The position numbers and the translations under genes are program-made. The notes beneath the pieces were generated by a model, which had not been told where the DNA came from, did not search any database, and saw only the letters and a list, made by a program, of their open reading frames with translations. Of a stretch of 64,000 nt of DNA, positions 41,354 to 51,074 are shown in pieces. Source of the stretch: Actinomycetota bacterium (GTDB lineage: Bacteria > Actinomycetota > Actinomycetes > JAKEEW01); contig JBKOZJ010000008.1 of assembly GCA_046725875.1 (NCBI GenBank), forward strand, positions 1-64,000, given 5' to 3'. Numbering within the stretch: position 1 is the first letter of the stretch; each line of letters starts with the position of its first letter.

Positions 41354-42715
41354 CTATTCAAAGAACGCAAGCAGGTCCTGACGGGTCAGGATGCCGGTCG
41401 GCTTGCCGTTGTCGAGTACCACCGCCGCGTCCGCCTTCTCTAGTGCTGCCATAGCCGCCACCACCGGCTCACCCGCACCGATCATCGGCAACGACGCCGA
41501 CATGTGCTCCTCGAGCCGATCCGCAAGGTGTGCCCGGCCGGCGAACAACGCGTCGAGTAGATCCCGCTCCACAATGGAGCCGACCACCTCGGCCGCCATG
41601 ACCGGTGGCTCCTGTTTGACGACCGGCATCTGCGAGACGCCGTACTCCCTGAGGATGTCGATGGCCTCCCGGACAGTCTCGTTGGGGTGGACATGGACGA
41701 ACTGCGGCATTTTGGCGTCCTTGCGGTTGAGGACGTCGTGGACATTCTCCGCTCCGGCCGTCGCGAGAAATCCGTAGTCGGCCATCCAGTCGTCGTTGAA
41801 GATCTTCGATAGGTAGCCGCGGCCGCTGTCGGGGAGCAGGACCACGACCACGTCCTCGGGTTTGGCCCGGTCGGCGACGCGCAACGCCGCAACGGCCGCC
41901 ATCCCACACGAGCCGCCCACGAGCAGTCCCTCCTCCCGAGCGAGCCGGCGGGTCATCGAGAACGAATCCCGGTCCGAGACCGCGATGACCTGGTCGCAAA
42001 CGGTGGGATCGAACGCCTGCGGCCAGAAGTCCTCGCCGACGCCCTCGACCAGGTATGGACGCCCGGATCCTCCCGAGTAGACCGAGCCTTCTGGGTCAGC
42101 ACCGATAACGCGTACCCGACCGGATGACACCTCCTTGAGATACCGGCCGGCACCGCTGATGGTGCCACCCGTCCCGACGCCGGCGATGAAGTGCGTGATC
42201 CGCCCGTCCGTCTGGGCCCACAGCTCCGGGCCGGTGGTCTCGTAGTGGGACCGCGGGTTGTTCGGGTTCGAGTACTGGTCGGGCTTCCACGCGCCCTCGA
42301 TCTCCCGCACGAGCCGGTCGGAGACGTTGTAGTAGGAGTCGGGGTGCTCCGGCGCAACAGCAGTGGGGCACACCACCACCTCGGCGCCGTAGGCCTTGAG
42401 CACGTTGATCTTGTCGGAGGACACCTTGTCGGGCACGACGAAGAGGCAGCGATAGCCCCTCTGCTGCGCCACGATCGCCAGCCCGACACCGGTGTTACCG
42501 GAGGTCGGCTCGATGATCGTGCCGCCGGCCCGCAGCTCCCCCGATCGCTCGGCCCCCTCGATCATCCGCAGCGCGATGCGGTCCTTCACCGACCCGCCAG
42601 GGTTGAAGTACTCGACCTTGGCGAGGACCAGTGGCGGCAGTCCTTCGGCAACCCGGCCGAGCCGCACGAGCGGAGTCCCCCCAACGAGGTCGACGAGCGA
42701 CTCGTGGTATTTCAC
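41354..42715 (-). CDS. cbs: Cystathionine beta-synthase with CBS domains
   Basis: KVEYFNPGGSVKDR, EPTSGNTG, GVGTGGT, EGVGEDF, PDSGRGYLSK; C-terminal CBS pair. Confidence 0.95.
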   Translation of the reverse strand: MKYHESLVDLVGGTPLVRLGRVAEGLPPLVLAKVEYFNPGGSVKDRIALRMIEGAERSGELRAGGTIIEPTSGNTGVGLAIVAQQRGYRCLFVVPDKVSSDKINVLKAYGAEVVVCPTAVAPEHPDSYYNVSDRLVREIEGAWKPDQYSNPNNPRSHYETTGPELWAQTDGRITHFIAGVGTGGTISGAGRYLKEVSSGRVRVIGADPEGSVYSGGSGRPYLVEGVGEDFWPQAFDPTVCDQVIAVSDRDSFSMTRRLAREEGLLVGGSCGMAAVAALRVADRAKPEDVVVVLLPDSGRGYLSKIFNDDWMADYGFLATAGAENVHDVLNRKDAKMPQFVHVHPNETVREAIDILREYGVSQMPVVKQEPPVMAAEVVGSIVERDLLDALFAGRAHLADRLEEHMSASLPMIGAGEPVVAAMAALEKADAAVVLDNGKPTGILTRQDLLAFFE

Positions 42716-43011
42716 GGGGCAAGAGTACGCGTGGTGCTCTCGCGCGCCGCCTTCCCTATCTGCTGTTGTCGACATGGGTTGCGGGAGGAAGCTTCCGCCT
42801 GCTTCCCCGTCCATAACACCCATCGATCTATCGATGGCAGCGGCACGGAACTGCCGGCCGGAGGCGCTACAGTGCCGGAACCGGCCGGGAGGGCCAGCTG
42901 CGACCGGGCTTCGGCTCGCGGCGCGCCGCCGCGGGACCGGAGCTCCGGGACCACGGGATTCCGGAGCGGTCGACCCAGGAGATCGGACGATCCGCTCATG
43001 GGAGGAGCGTC

Positions 43012-43734
43012 ATGGCTCGAACCCCAGCCGTCGAGGTTGTGCCTGGCCTCTACCGCATCCCCACCGCTCCGGCCGACTTCGTCAACTCGTTCGCCTTCGT
43101 GGACGAAGACGGCCAGGTGACCCTGGTCGACACGGGCATGCGGAGTGCTCCCAAGAAGATCCAAGCTGCGCTGGAGTGGATAGGCAGTGCTCCGGCGGAG
43201 GTAACAAGGATCCTCCTCACGCACGCCCACCCTGACCATGCGGGCGGGCTGGCAAAGCTCGCCGCGCAAACTGGGGCGCCGGTGGCAGCGCATGAACGAG
43301 ACGCATCTTACGTACGGGAAGGCCGGGCGCCGGTCCGTGACCAGTCGTACATGAGGGGACGGCTACTGACCCGGCTCCCGGGGAACAGGTGGGCGCCGGC
43401 AGAGCTCGCCGACGAGTTCGTCGACGGCCAGCTGATCGAGATCGCCGGCGGCATCGAGGTGATCCACACGCCGGGGCATACACCCGGCCATGTGGCACTC
43501 TTGCATCGGAACTCAAGTGTCCTTATCACCGGTGACTCGATCTTCAACGTGCGTGGGATGCGCTGGTCACCGAAGGCGCTGTGCACTGACTTCAAGCTGA
43601 ACACGCAGACCGCGGCCAGGCTGGCCGAGGTGGATTACAAGATCGCCGCATTCACTCATGGCCCGGAGATCAGGGACGGTGCGCGCGAGGCGATCAGAGC
43701 GTTCCTGCGCAGGAAGGACGTGATCACGGAGTGA
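43012..43734 (+). CDS. MBL-fold metallo-hydrolase
   Basis: LVDTG, THAHPDHAGG, HTPGHTPGH, TGD, HG; RBS GGAGG. Confidence 0.92.
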   Translation: MARTPAVEVVPGLYRIPTAPADFVNSFAFVDEDGQVTLVDTGMRSAPKKIQAALEWIGSAPAEVTRILLTHAHPDHAGGLAKLAAQTGAPVAAHERDASYVREGRAPVRDQSYMRGRLLTRLPGNRWAPAELADEFVDGQLIEIAGGIEVIHTPGHTPGHVALLHRNSSVLITGDSIFNVRGMRWSPKALCTDFKLNTQTAARLAEVDYKIAAFTHGPEIRDGAREAIRAFLRRKDVITE

Positions 43735-43843
43735 GCATGTTGAGTCTGTCGATCCGGCAGCCCACCGGTGCTGTACGACCGGGGCTCCCGGCAGCTGAAC
43801 CCGATGCTCGTGCTGCCGGCGCAGCACCGGAATCAGGAGAGGG

Positions 43844-44914
43844 GTGCTCGTGAGCAAGGCCAGGCGGGCCCGCCGGCTCGCTGTCGCCGCCGCCTACGGC
43901 GGCGGCGGTCTTGGTATTGCCGTCGGGGCATTGACCGGTGTTCTCGTGGCGGAGGCGAAGCTCGCCCGCCGGACGGTTGGCGTGCCCACGGTGGAGCCGC
44001 CGAAGGCGGACGGTATCTACGGGAGGGGCCGCAAAACGCCGCTCGAGTTGGTCTTGATCGGCGACTCAAGCGGGGCCGGCCTAGGTGTTGACAACCCGGA
44101 TGAGACCCCGGGCGCCCTGCTGGCGGCGGGCCTTTCGTCGGTCTCCGGCCGCCGGGTTCGGTTGACCGTCGTCGCGCGGTCTGGTGCGCAGAGCAGCGAT
44201 CTCGAGCGGCAGATCGACGTCGTTCTAGAGCAGATCCACAAGCCCGATCTCGCGATCGTAATGATCGGCGCCAACGATGTGACCCATCGCGTCCGCCCTT
44301 CAGTATCAATATGCCGGCTGGAACGGGCCGTCCATCGGCTCCGCCAGGCCGGCTGCCAGGTTGTCGCCGGGACATGTCCCGATCTGGGCACGGTCGAGCC
44401 GATCGCGCAGCCGCTGCGCTACATCGTCCGCCGGTGGTCGCGCCGGCTCGCGGCCGCGCAGACCATCGCGGTGGTCGAGGCGGGCGGCCGGTCAGTCTCG
44501 CTGGGAGATCTGCTCGGGCCGGAGTTCTCGGCCCGCCCCGGCGAGCTGTTCGGGCCTGACCGGTTCCATCCATCGGCGGTCGGCTACGCGAGTGCCGCGA
44601 TGGCGATCCTGCCTACTGCCTGCGCCGCGCTGGGCTACTGGCCCACCGACGAAGAGGAGCCGGACTATCGGCGCGGAGAGGGCGTACTGCCGGTGGCTGT
44701 GGCGGCCGTAGAAGCGGCGGAAGAGGCGGGGACCGAGGTGGCGGGCGCCCAGGTTGGCGGGCGCGAGCGCGGACCGCGGGGACGGTGGGCGTTGCTCCGC
44801 CGCCGTCCGGAACAGCCGGTTCCTGATGTAGAGGAGTCGCGCCTGGAAGCGGAAGCGGACAACAGCCAGCCGCCGTCCCAGGGGCGAGCAGAATCAAAGG
44901 CCCGCAACTCGTAG
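43844..44914 (+). CDS. SGNH/GDSL hydrolase family protein
   Basis: IGDSSG, GA.S, GANDV, DRFHPS. Confidence 0.92.
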   Translation: MLVSKARRARRLAVAAAYGGGGLGIAVGALTGVLVAEAKLARRTVGVPTVEPPKADGIYGRGRKTPLELVLIGDSSGAGLGVDNPDETPGALLAAGLSSVSGRRVRLTVVARSGAQSSDLERQIDVVLEQIHKPDLAIVMIGANDVTHRVRPSVSICRLERAVHRLRQAGCQVVAGTCPDLGTVEPIAQPLRYIVRRWSRRLAAAQTIAVVEAGGRSVSLGDLLGPEFSARPGELFGPDRFHPSAVGYASAAMAILPTACAALGYWPTDEEEPDYRRGEGVLPVAVAAVEAAEEAGTEVAGAQVGGRERGPRGRWALLRRRPEQPVPDVEESRLEAEADNSQPPSQGRAESKARNS

Positions 44915-45316
44915 CCGCTTCAGCTCCTCGTTGAGGGAGATCACCAGGTCGATGGCCTTAACTCGACGATCCCCAGCCCAGACGAGGTCGTCGTCCGATA
45001 CCTCAGCGAGCTCCGCCAGAAGATCGTGGCCGGTCACGGCAACCTGTTCGCCCACGGCGAACACGGAGGTTGTGGGCACGACGTGGGCGCGCGCGGGGTA
45101 CGCCATGGACCGGGCCGCGACGCCCGCCGCGGCATCGGCGAGCCGTTGCGCCAGCTCGATCCCACGCTGGGCCGTGGTCTGCCTCCGGGAGGGAGCGCCG
45201 GCGGATCTGGCGGGCGCACGGAGCCGGGCCTCGGAGAGCCCGCGGAAGCGGTCAGCGACCGTGTCGATCTCCCAACGCAGGCGCGACCTGGGATCTACGG
45301 GCTGGCTCGGAACCAT
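44894..45316 (-). CDS. Conserved hypothetical protein
   Basis: ADRFR.L...RL, LAQ.LAD, FAVG.Q.AV.GHDL; resembles small actinobacterial proteins found at this locus. Confidence 0.7.
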   Translation of the reverse strand: MVPSQPVDPRSRLRWEIDTVADRFRGLSEARLRAPARSAGAPSRRQTTAQRGIELAQRLADAAAGVAARSMAYPARAHVVPTTSVFAVGEQVAVTGHDLLAELAEVSDDDLVWAGDRRVKAIDLVISLNEELKRLRVAGL

Positions 45317-45492
45317 CGGTCAAGCCCCTCCAACAGCCGGGTTTCCCGCCGTCGAGATGGAGGCTATCGGCAGGTGGTGCCCGCGCGTTTCCAGCGGAGC
45401 CCGCCCAATGAGGTCCGCTGCGGGAACCAGGGGTTGTCAGCCGCTCGTCAGTCAGGCACAGTCAGTTCACAGACCAGTCATCAGGAGGCGCC

Positions 45493-45723
45493 ATGTCCTT
45501 GCACCACTCCGAGGAGACCCATCAGAACCTCGTTGCCCGGGTTCCTATGGTCACCGGTCGCGAAATACCGGAGTGGTTCAAGGCAATCGAGGACGGGCCG
45601 GCCTTCTTGCGGTTCGACGAGAAGGTGAACTGGCTGCGCGACGAGCACGGGCTCGCCCACGGACACGCGACCGCGATCGTGCACGAGCACGACAAGGCCC
45701 GCGCCGCCCGCAGCTTCGCTTAG
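45493..45723 (+). CDS. DUF4287 domain protein
   Basis: SEETH..L..R.P..TGR...W, WLR.EHGL.HGHA.AIV; RBS AGGAGG. Confidence 0.88.
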   Translation: MSLHHSEETHQNLVARVPMVTGREIPEWFKAIEDGPAFLRFDEKVNWLRDEHGLAHGHATAIVHEHDKARAARSFA

Positions 45724-46038
45724 GCGCGGCTGACCCAAGCATTCTCCTGGATTGTCTAAGAGACGACCCAGCGGGATCAGTCCTGGTGGGTCCAGGTCGA
45801 CACTGCGACCGAAGATCGTCTAACCGCGCTCACTCGGATCGATCGCCTTCGTGCCATCGATCGATCGATGCGAGACCCGCGAGACGAGTCCACCGATGGT
45901 GGTCCTGGTTCGCGCCAGCCGTTTATCCACCTGGAAGCGGCGAGAACGATCACGCTTTTCTGCTTGCCAACCTCCTCGAGCGGAGCGCAAAGCGCGCGCC
46001 CCGCCCGGCCCCGCGGGGGCACGTGAGAAGCGGTGGAG

Positions 46039-46833
46039 CTATTCCTCGCCTCGAAGGATCGCGAGCAGCCGCAGCAGCTCGATGTAGAGCCAGATCAGCG
46101 ACACGATCAGCCCGAAGCCGGCGAGCCAGGAGAACCGCTCCGGCAGCCCGTGCTGGATGCCCCGGTCGATGAAGTCGAAGTCGAGGATCAGCGACAGCGA
46201 GGCCAGGGCGACGCCAGCGACGCAGAGCAGCAGCCCAAAACCGCCGACGCCATAAAAGCCCCATCCGTCGCCAACGCCAAACAAGGCGCCGACGAGGCTC
46301 GCCAGTGCGATGAGGAGATAGCCGCCCATCGCCACGATCATGCCCCGGACGAACTTCGGGGTCGCGCGCAACCGGCCGGTGCGATAGAGGATCAGCATCG
46401 CTGCGAACGCGGCAAGGGTGCCGAGCACGGCCTGCGAGACGACGCCGGGATATGCGCTCTCGAATACCGCGCTGATACCGCCGACGAAGACGCCCTCGAC
46501 GACCGCGTACGTCAAGATCAAGCCCGGGCTCGTCGACTGCCGGAAGGAGATCACCAAGCCCAGGACCAGCCCGGCGATCATGGCGATGAATGGCACCGCG
46601 GGCAGGTCGTCGGCTACCGGCCATCCGACCGCCGCCCCGGCGAGAAGCACCGCGAAGATCGCGCCGGTCTTCATGATGACGTCGTCAAGCGTCATCCGCC
46701 GGGTCTCTACCGGTGTTGCCGCTGGCCGGTCGTACATCTCCTGCAGCTCTTGGGGGCTGGCATCGAGCGTCGCATAGCCGCCGCCCTGGCGGAATGCATC
46801 GCTGTTCGCGAAGACGGGATTCCTGCTTTCCAT
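46039..46833 (-). CDS. Bax inhibitor-1/YccA family membrane protein
   Basis: MES.NP, MTLDDVI.KT, about 7 TM, LDFD, W...FGL..SLIWLYIE.LRL. Confidence 0.9.
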   Translation of the reverse strand: MESRNPVFANSDAFRQGGGYATLDASPQELQEMYDRPAATPVETRRMTLDDVIMKTGAIFAVLLAGAAVGWPVADDLPAVPFIAMIAGLVLGLVISFRQSTSPGLILTYAVVEGVFVGGISAVFESAYPGVVSQAVLGTLAAFAAMLILYRTGRLRATPKFVRGMIVAMGGYLLIALASLVGALFGVGDGWGFYGVGGFGLLLCVAGVALASLSLILDFDFIDRGIQHGLPERFSWLAGFGLIVSLIWLYIELLRLLAILRGEE

Positions 46834-46995
46834 GTCACTCCTTCATCGCCCGCCGGATGGCGGCGTGCATCCCCATGGTAGTGATCTCCACGGTCCGCGG
46901 CGAGGGTGCCCCCGCCCTACCCATCGTGGATGTATTGCTCGAAAGACGATCAACGTCCAGTGACGGGTGTAGGTGTCCGACCCCTGTCCGAACGG

Positions 46996-47010
46996 ATGAC
47001 TCTGAGTAAC
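46996..47010. promoter_or_regulatory. Putative BldD box
   Basis: ATGACTCTGAGTAAC matches NTNACNC(A/T)GNGTNAN at all fixed positions; lies between the divergent YccA gene and tRNA-Leu(UAA). Confidence 0.55.
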
Positions 47011-47170
47011 GGATCACTAACGTCCTAAGAGAATTGTTCGGATCTGGACATATCACTGCCCACTACCGCTACGCTCTGCCGTGGTGTTCACTCGGGCGAG
47101 CTACAGCGGACCGGCCCGCGGGCCGTTATCCGAGTGACGCACGGCCCGGGCAACGGCCCGGGCTTTGCAT

Positions 47171-47254
47171 GCCCGGGTGGTGAAACCGGCAGCCACGACG
47201 AGCTTAAACCTCGTTGGCCGTAGGGCCGTGCGGGTTCGAGTCCCGCCCCGGGCA
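47171..47254 (+). tRNA. tRNA-Leu, anticodon UAA (bldA-type)
   Basis: Acceptor GCCCGGG/CCCGGGC plus A, anticodon arm ACGAG-CTTAAAC-CTCGT, long variable arm, T arm GCGGG-TTCGAGT-CCCGC; CCA not encoded. Confidence 0.96.
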
Positions 47255-47264
47255 CGTATCCCTA

Positions 47265-47297
47265 GCCCGTGGGCGGCCCGGGGGGCTGCCCACGGGC
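47265..47297. terminator. GC-rich hairpin after the tRNA, convergent with the methyltransferase gene
   Basis: GCCCGTGGGCGGCCC ... GGGCTGCCCACGGGC. Confidence 0.7.
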
Positions 47298-47362
47298 CCA
47301 TCCCACGGAGATCAGCGACCCTGCGTCTACATGGCAATCAGCCCGGCGTCGCTGCGAAGTAT

Positions 47363-48703
47363 TTATGGGGACACATCGCCAAGGCGGGGTGCCGAAGCGA
47401 CCGAAGACGTCACAGGGTGCTGAAGCCAGCTAGCCCGGGTGGGTGGCATCCCGCTCATGCCTTCTGCCGTGGTCCTGACCGCCACGATCTGGTTTACTCC
47501 GATCCGATTCGCCTCGAAGGCCAGCGCGGATCCGGCCATGTAGAGCCGCCAGACCCGGGCCCGGCCGGGCGAGGTCAGCCCGACAGCCTCATCCCAGTTC
47601 GCCTCCAGGTTCGCAACCCAGCAGCGCAGTGTCCGGGTGTAATGCTCACGCAGCGACTCTAGATCCCGCACCTCGAAGCCGGCCTCCTCGAGGATCGAGA
47701 CCGTCGTACCGACCGGGGCCAAATCGCCGTCGGGGAACACGTACGACGAGATGAAGGTCGGGCGCTTGCGCCGCGGACCAGGGCGGCGGGCGATCTGGTG
47801 GTTTAGCAGCCGCCCACCCGGCCGCAGCAAGGAGTAGAGAGTCGACGCATACCTCAGGTATTTCTCGGTGCCGACGTGCTCGGCCATCCCCACGCTCGCG
47901 ATCGCGTCGTACGGGCCGTCCGTGGCGTCACGATAGTCCTGGATCCTGATCTCGACCTGCTCGGAGAGTCCGGCATCGAGAACCCGCTTGCTGGCAAGGT
48001 CAGCCTGCTCACCAGAGAGCGTGACGCCGACAGCGGATACGCCATATTCCCGGGCCGCATGGATCACGAGCGATCCCCAGCCGCAGCCCACGTCGAGCAG
48101 CCGCATGCCCGGACGGAGTTCCAACTTGCGGCAGATCAGGTCGAGCTTGTCCTGCTGCGCGTCCTCCAGCGTGTAGGACGGGTCATCCGGGGTCGTCCAG
48201 TAGGCACAGGAGTAGACCAAGGACGGCCCGAGCACCAGGCGATAGAAGTTGTTGCCGACGTCGTAGTGGTGGCGGACGGCGGCGCGGTCGCGGCTGCGCG
48301 AGTGCCGGCGGCCGTAGAGCGTCGCCTCCTCGGGCGGCGGCTTCGGCTGCGGTCCGACTGCGCCCAGCACGACAGCGGTCTTGAGCAGCTCCGCACGGTC
48401 AGCGGCGGTGAGAACGTGCCGGCGGGTCTGGTCGCCGAGGATGGGTGCAACCGATTCGAGCGCCTGGTAAAGGTTGCCTTCAACGTCGAGCTCTCCGGCG
48501 ACGTAGCCACGACCCAGTCCAAGTTCGTTAGGGTGCCACAGCAGCCGTCTGATCGCCCGCGGGGACCGCACAACGACTGTCGGCGCATGCGGCGGTCCGG
48601 CCTCGCTGCCATCCCAGCCACGCACCCGCATCGGCAGGCTGGCGCCGATCACCCGTTCGAACAGCGATACCAGCCGGTCGGCGACACTCGCATGTGCAAC
48701 CAT
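47363..48703 (-). CDS. Cyclopropane-fatty-acyl-phospholipid synthase family methyltransferase
   Basis: HHYDVGN.FY, YSCAYW, LEDAQ..K, LLDVGCGWG, EHVG, YVFPDG, EHY..TL. Confidence 0.92.
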   Translation of the reverse strand: MVAHASVADRLVSLFERVIGASLPMRVRGWDGSEAGPPHAPTVVVRSPRAIRRLLWHPNELGLGRGYVAGELDVEGNLYQALESVAPILGDQTRRHVLTAADRAELLKTAVVLGAVGPQPKPPPEEATLYGRRHSRSRDRAAVRHHYDVGNNFYRLVLGPSLVYSCAYWTTPDDPSYTLEDAQQDKLDLICRKLELRPGMRLLDVGCGWGSLVIHAAREYGVSAVGVTLSGEQADLASKRVLDAGLSEQVEIRIQDYRDATDGPYDAIASVGMAEHVGTEKYLRYASTLYSLLRPGGRLLNHQIARRPGPRRKRPTFISSYVFPDGDLAPVGTTVSILEEAGFEVRDLESLREHYTRTLRCWVANLEANWDEAVGLTSPGRARVWRLYMAGSALAFEANRIGVNQIVAVRTTAEGMSGMPPTRASWLQHPVTSSVASAPRLGDVSP

Positions 48704-48792
48704 CAGCGGAACTCCTTAGCTCGGCGTCGACTAAGTGTCCCTCGCCACACATTCGCCGCATATCTCCGGGCACCTCGCGCCTCGCTGCGCCG

Positions 48793-49627
48793 CTACCGAT
48801 CGGCCACGCGTCGCGGTGGTGAAGGCGGCGTCGGTGGTGGTGGCGGCGGCGGGGGTTGCGCCGCCGCACTGAAGACCTGACGGGGCGTGTGAAGCGAACC
48901 GAGCGCGACTATATCGCGGCGGAAGAAGAGCGCCAGCGTCCAGTCCAGCACGATGCGCACCTTCCGATTGAGCGTCGGAACGCGGCCGACGTGATAGGTG
49001 CGGTGCATGAACCAGGCGGGCCAGGCGCGCACCTTGATCCCGTATACCTGGGCGACTCCCTTGTGCAGGCCAAGGCTCGCGAGCGAGCCGATGTACTTGT
49101 GCTTGTAGTCGCGCAGCGGCCGGCCGCGCAGGCGCGCCGGCGGACCTCCGGATCGTCGGTCGACTCCGCAAGGTCGAACATGTCGAGGACGCGGTTGCGC
49201 ATGCTGATCGCCTCCTCGATCCACTTGAAGCCGATCCCTTCCTCGGCCAGACCGGGAATCGGGAGGGTCCGCGAGATCGATCCGAGTGCGACGACGACAT
49301 GGTCGTAGCTGATCTCGTCGACTCCGCCCGCCTTCCTCTCAACGAGCGCGACCTTCTGGCATGGTCGATCCGGATGACGCGACCGTTCATGATGTGAACA
49401 TTCGGCAGCACCTGCCGCAATGGCACGATGACGTGTCGAGGCTCGAGGGAGCCGGCCGCGGCCTCGGGCAGGAAGGGCTGGTAAGTCATGTACGACAACG
49501 GGTCGACGAGCGTGACCCGCACCCGGTCACGGCGGAGGAGGCGGCGCAGGCCGAAACCGGTGTAGAGCCCGACGTAACCGCCACCCGCGATCAGGATGTG
49601 CGGCACCGCCGCCTGATTCTCCGGCAC
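48793..49627 (-). pseudogene. Type II NADH dehydrogenase-like FAD oxidoreductase, frameshifted and internally deleted
   Basis: GGGYVG and YQPFLPE in one frame; YDHVVVALGS..IPGLAE..RRA in a second; Y.HKY.GSLASLG..AWFMHR.YH in a third. The NADH-binding domain is absent. Confidence 0.85.
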
Positions 49628-49652
49628 TGCCTCACCTCATCATCTCGGTCCG

Positions 49653-50540
49653 TCAGAGGGCGGCCCGCGCCGCCGCCCGGCGCAGGGCATCGTCCAGCAT
49701 CGTCGCCGTCAGCCGGCCCGTGAACGTGTTCTGCTGACTGGGGTGGTAGGAGCCGACGAGCAAGACCCTTTTGCCGCCCGGACCCTCGAGCTCCGCCTCG
49801 GCCGCGTGCCCAAACGAGGGCCGTGGCATAGGAAGCACATACCCAATATGGCGGAGACCGCGCAGCGCCGCCTGCCAGGCATACAGTCCCAGCCCGACCA
49901 CCACCTCGATGGTGGGCGCAGCCAGCTCGAACTCGCGCAGCAGCCAGGGCTGGCACGTGTCGCGCTCCTGCGGGGTCGGCTTGTTCCCGGGCGGGGCGCA
50001 CCGGACTGCCGCCAGGATTCGGGTGGCCCGCAGCCGCTGCCCGTCGCCGGCGTAAGTGCTGGTCGCGGCGGCTGCCACCCCGATCCGGTGGAGCGAGGCG
50101 AACAGCGCGTCACCGCTGCGGTCCCCGGTGAAGATCCGCCCGGTGCGATTGCCCCCGTGCGCCGCCGGGGCGAGGCCCACGATGAGCAGGCGCGGCCGCT
50201 CGTCGCCCCAGCCGGGCACGGGCCGCCCCCAGTAGATCTGATCGGCGAAGGCACGCCTCTTGTCGGTCGCGACCCGCTCCCGCCAGTCGACTAGCCGCGG
50301 GCAGGCCCGGCAAACCGACTCGCGCGCGGCCAGCTTGCCGAAGTCCGGTGCGGACGCGGCAAGCTTCACGACCTGGTCGCCGTTGAGTGCGACTGGTGTA
50401 CGGGAAGTCGCGGGATCACCCGGCCACCCGGTGCCAGGCGGTACCGGGCTAGCGTTCGGACCGGGCTGCCCGGCCGGGGTCTTAGATCGTCCTGCTCTGC
50501 CTCGGGCGCGCTTCGACTCCCCCGACGACTTCGCGGACAT
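49653..50540 (-). CDS. Uracil-DNA glycosylase family 5 (UdgB-like)
   Basis: [45 protein letters not shown]. Confidence 0.93.
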   Translation of the reverse strand: MSAKSSGESKRARGRAGRSKTPAGQPGPNASPVPPGTGWPGDPATSRTPVALNGDQVVKLAASAPDFGKLAARESVCRACPRLVDWRERVATDKRRAFADQIYWGRPVPGWGDERPRLLIVGLAPAAHGGNRTGRIFTGDRSGDALFASLHRIGVAAAATSTYAGDGQRLRATRILAAVRCAPPGNKPTPQERDTCQPWLLREFELAAPTIEVVVGLGLYAWQAALRGLRHIGYVLPMPRPSFGHAAEAELEGPGGKRVLLVGSYHPSQQNTFTGRLTATMLDDALRRAAARAAL

Positions 50541-50642
50541 GGTGCCACGCTATCGACCAGATGTTGGGGTCTTCTGGGTCCGGTTCCTGACATTCGGGCG
50601 ATTGACGGTCGCTCCGGCGCCCCAGGAACACTGCGACGGCGC

Positions 50643-50888
50643 TCAACGGCTCAGTGCTCGGAGCAGTTTCACCATGCGGGACTGGCGGCGCCTGGTCGCC
50701 AGGGAGCGGTGGCGGGGCCGCGAGGGATAGCCCGCCGCGGCTCGTAACGCAGCAGCGTAGAGCTCAGGCGGTCCGTACTCGAGCGCAACCTGCTCGTCGA
50801 AATCTGCAAGCAGCTCGAGCTGCGCCTCCGGCGGCAGGTCAGCCAGCGCAGCTCGCACCTTCTCGAGGTACGACGTCGACCGGGCCAC
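50643..50888 (-). CDS. Short HAAS-like helical domain protein (possibly a remnant)
   Basis: YL..VRAALADLP.E...ELLAD and GPPE.YAA.LRAAAG; RBS GGAGG. Confidence 0.55.
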   Translation of the reverse strand: MARSTSYLEKVRAALADLPPEAQLELLADFDEQVALEYGPPELYAAALRAAAGYPSRPRHRSLATRRRQSRMVKLLRALSR

Positions 50889-51074
50889 AGCCCACCTCCG
50901 TGTACACGCACCATGCAAGGCGAAATGTAGCGCTGTCCAGGGCGCTCTAACCCACTCCGAGCCGCCAAGGCACCCAGAACTTGGGGTCGACCCCCTGGGA
51001 TGAGAACCCGACCGCCTGGTTTGTCATCATCCCGCCGGCAGCCGGCCGCAGTTCTGCACGAGGCGGCGCCACCT

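Noticed and set aside
45777..46022. Small ORFs between DUF4287 and YccA
   Set aside because: No recognisable motifs or RBS; likely intergenic
47171..47300. tRNA-Leu as an island integration site
   Set aside because: Followed directly by a hairpin and a core gene; no integrase or duplicated 3' end
48811..48856. Poly-proline/GGT-GGC microrepeat
   Set aside because: Ordinary low-complexity C-terminal tail of the ndh-like gene
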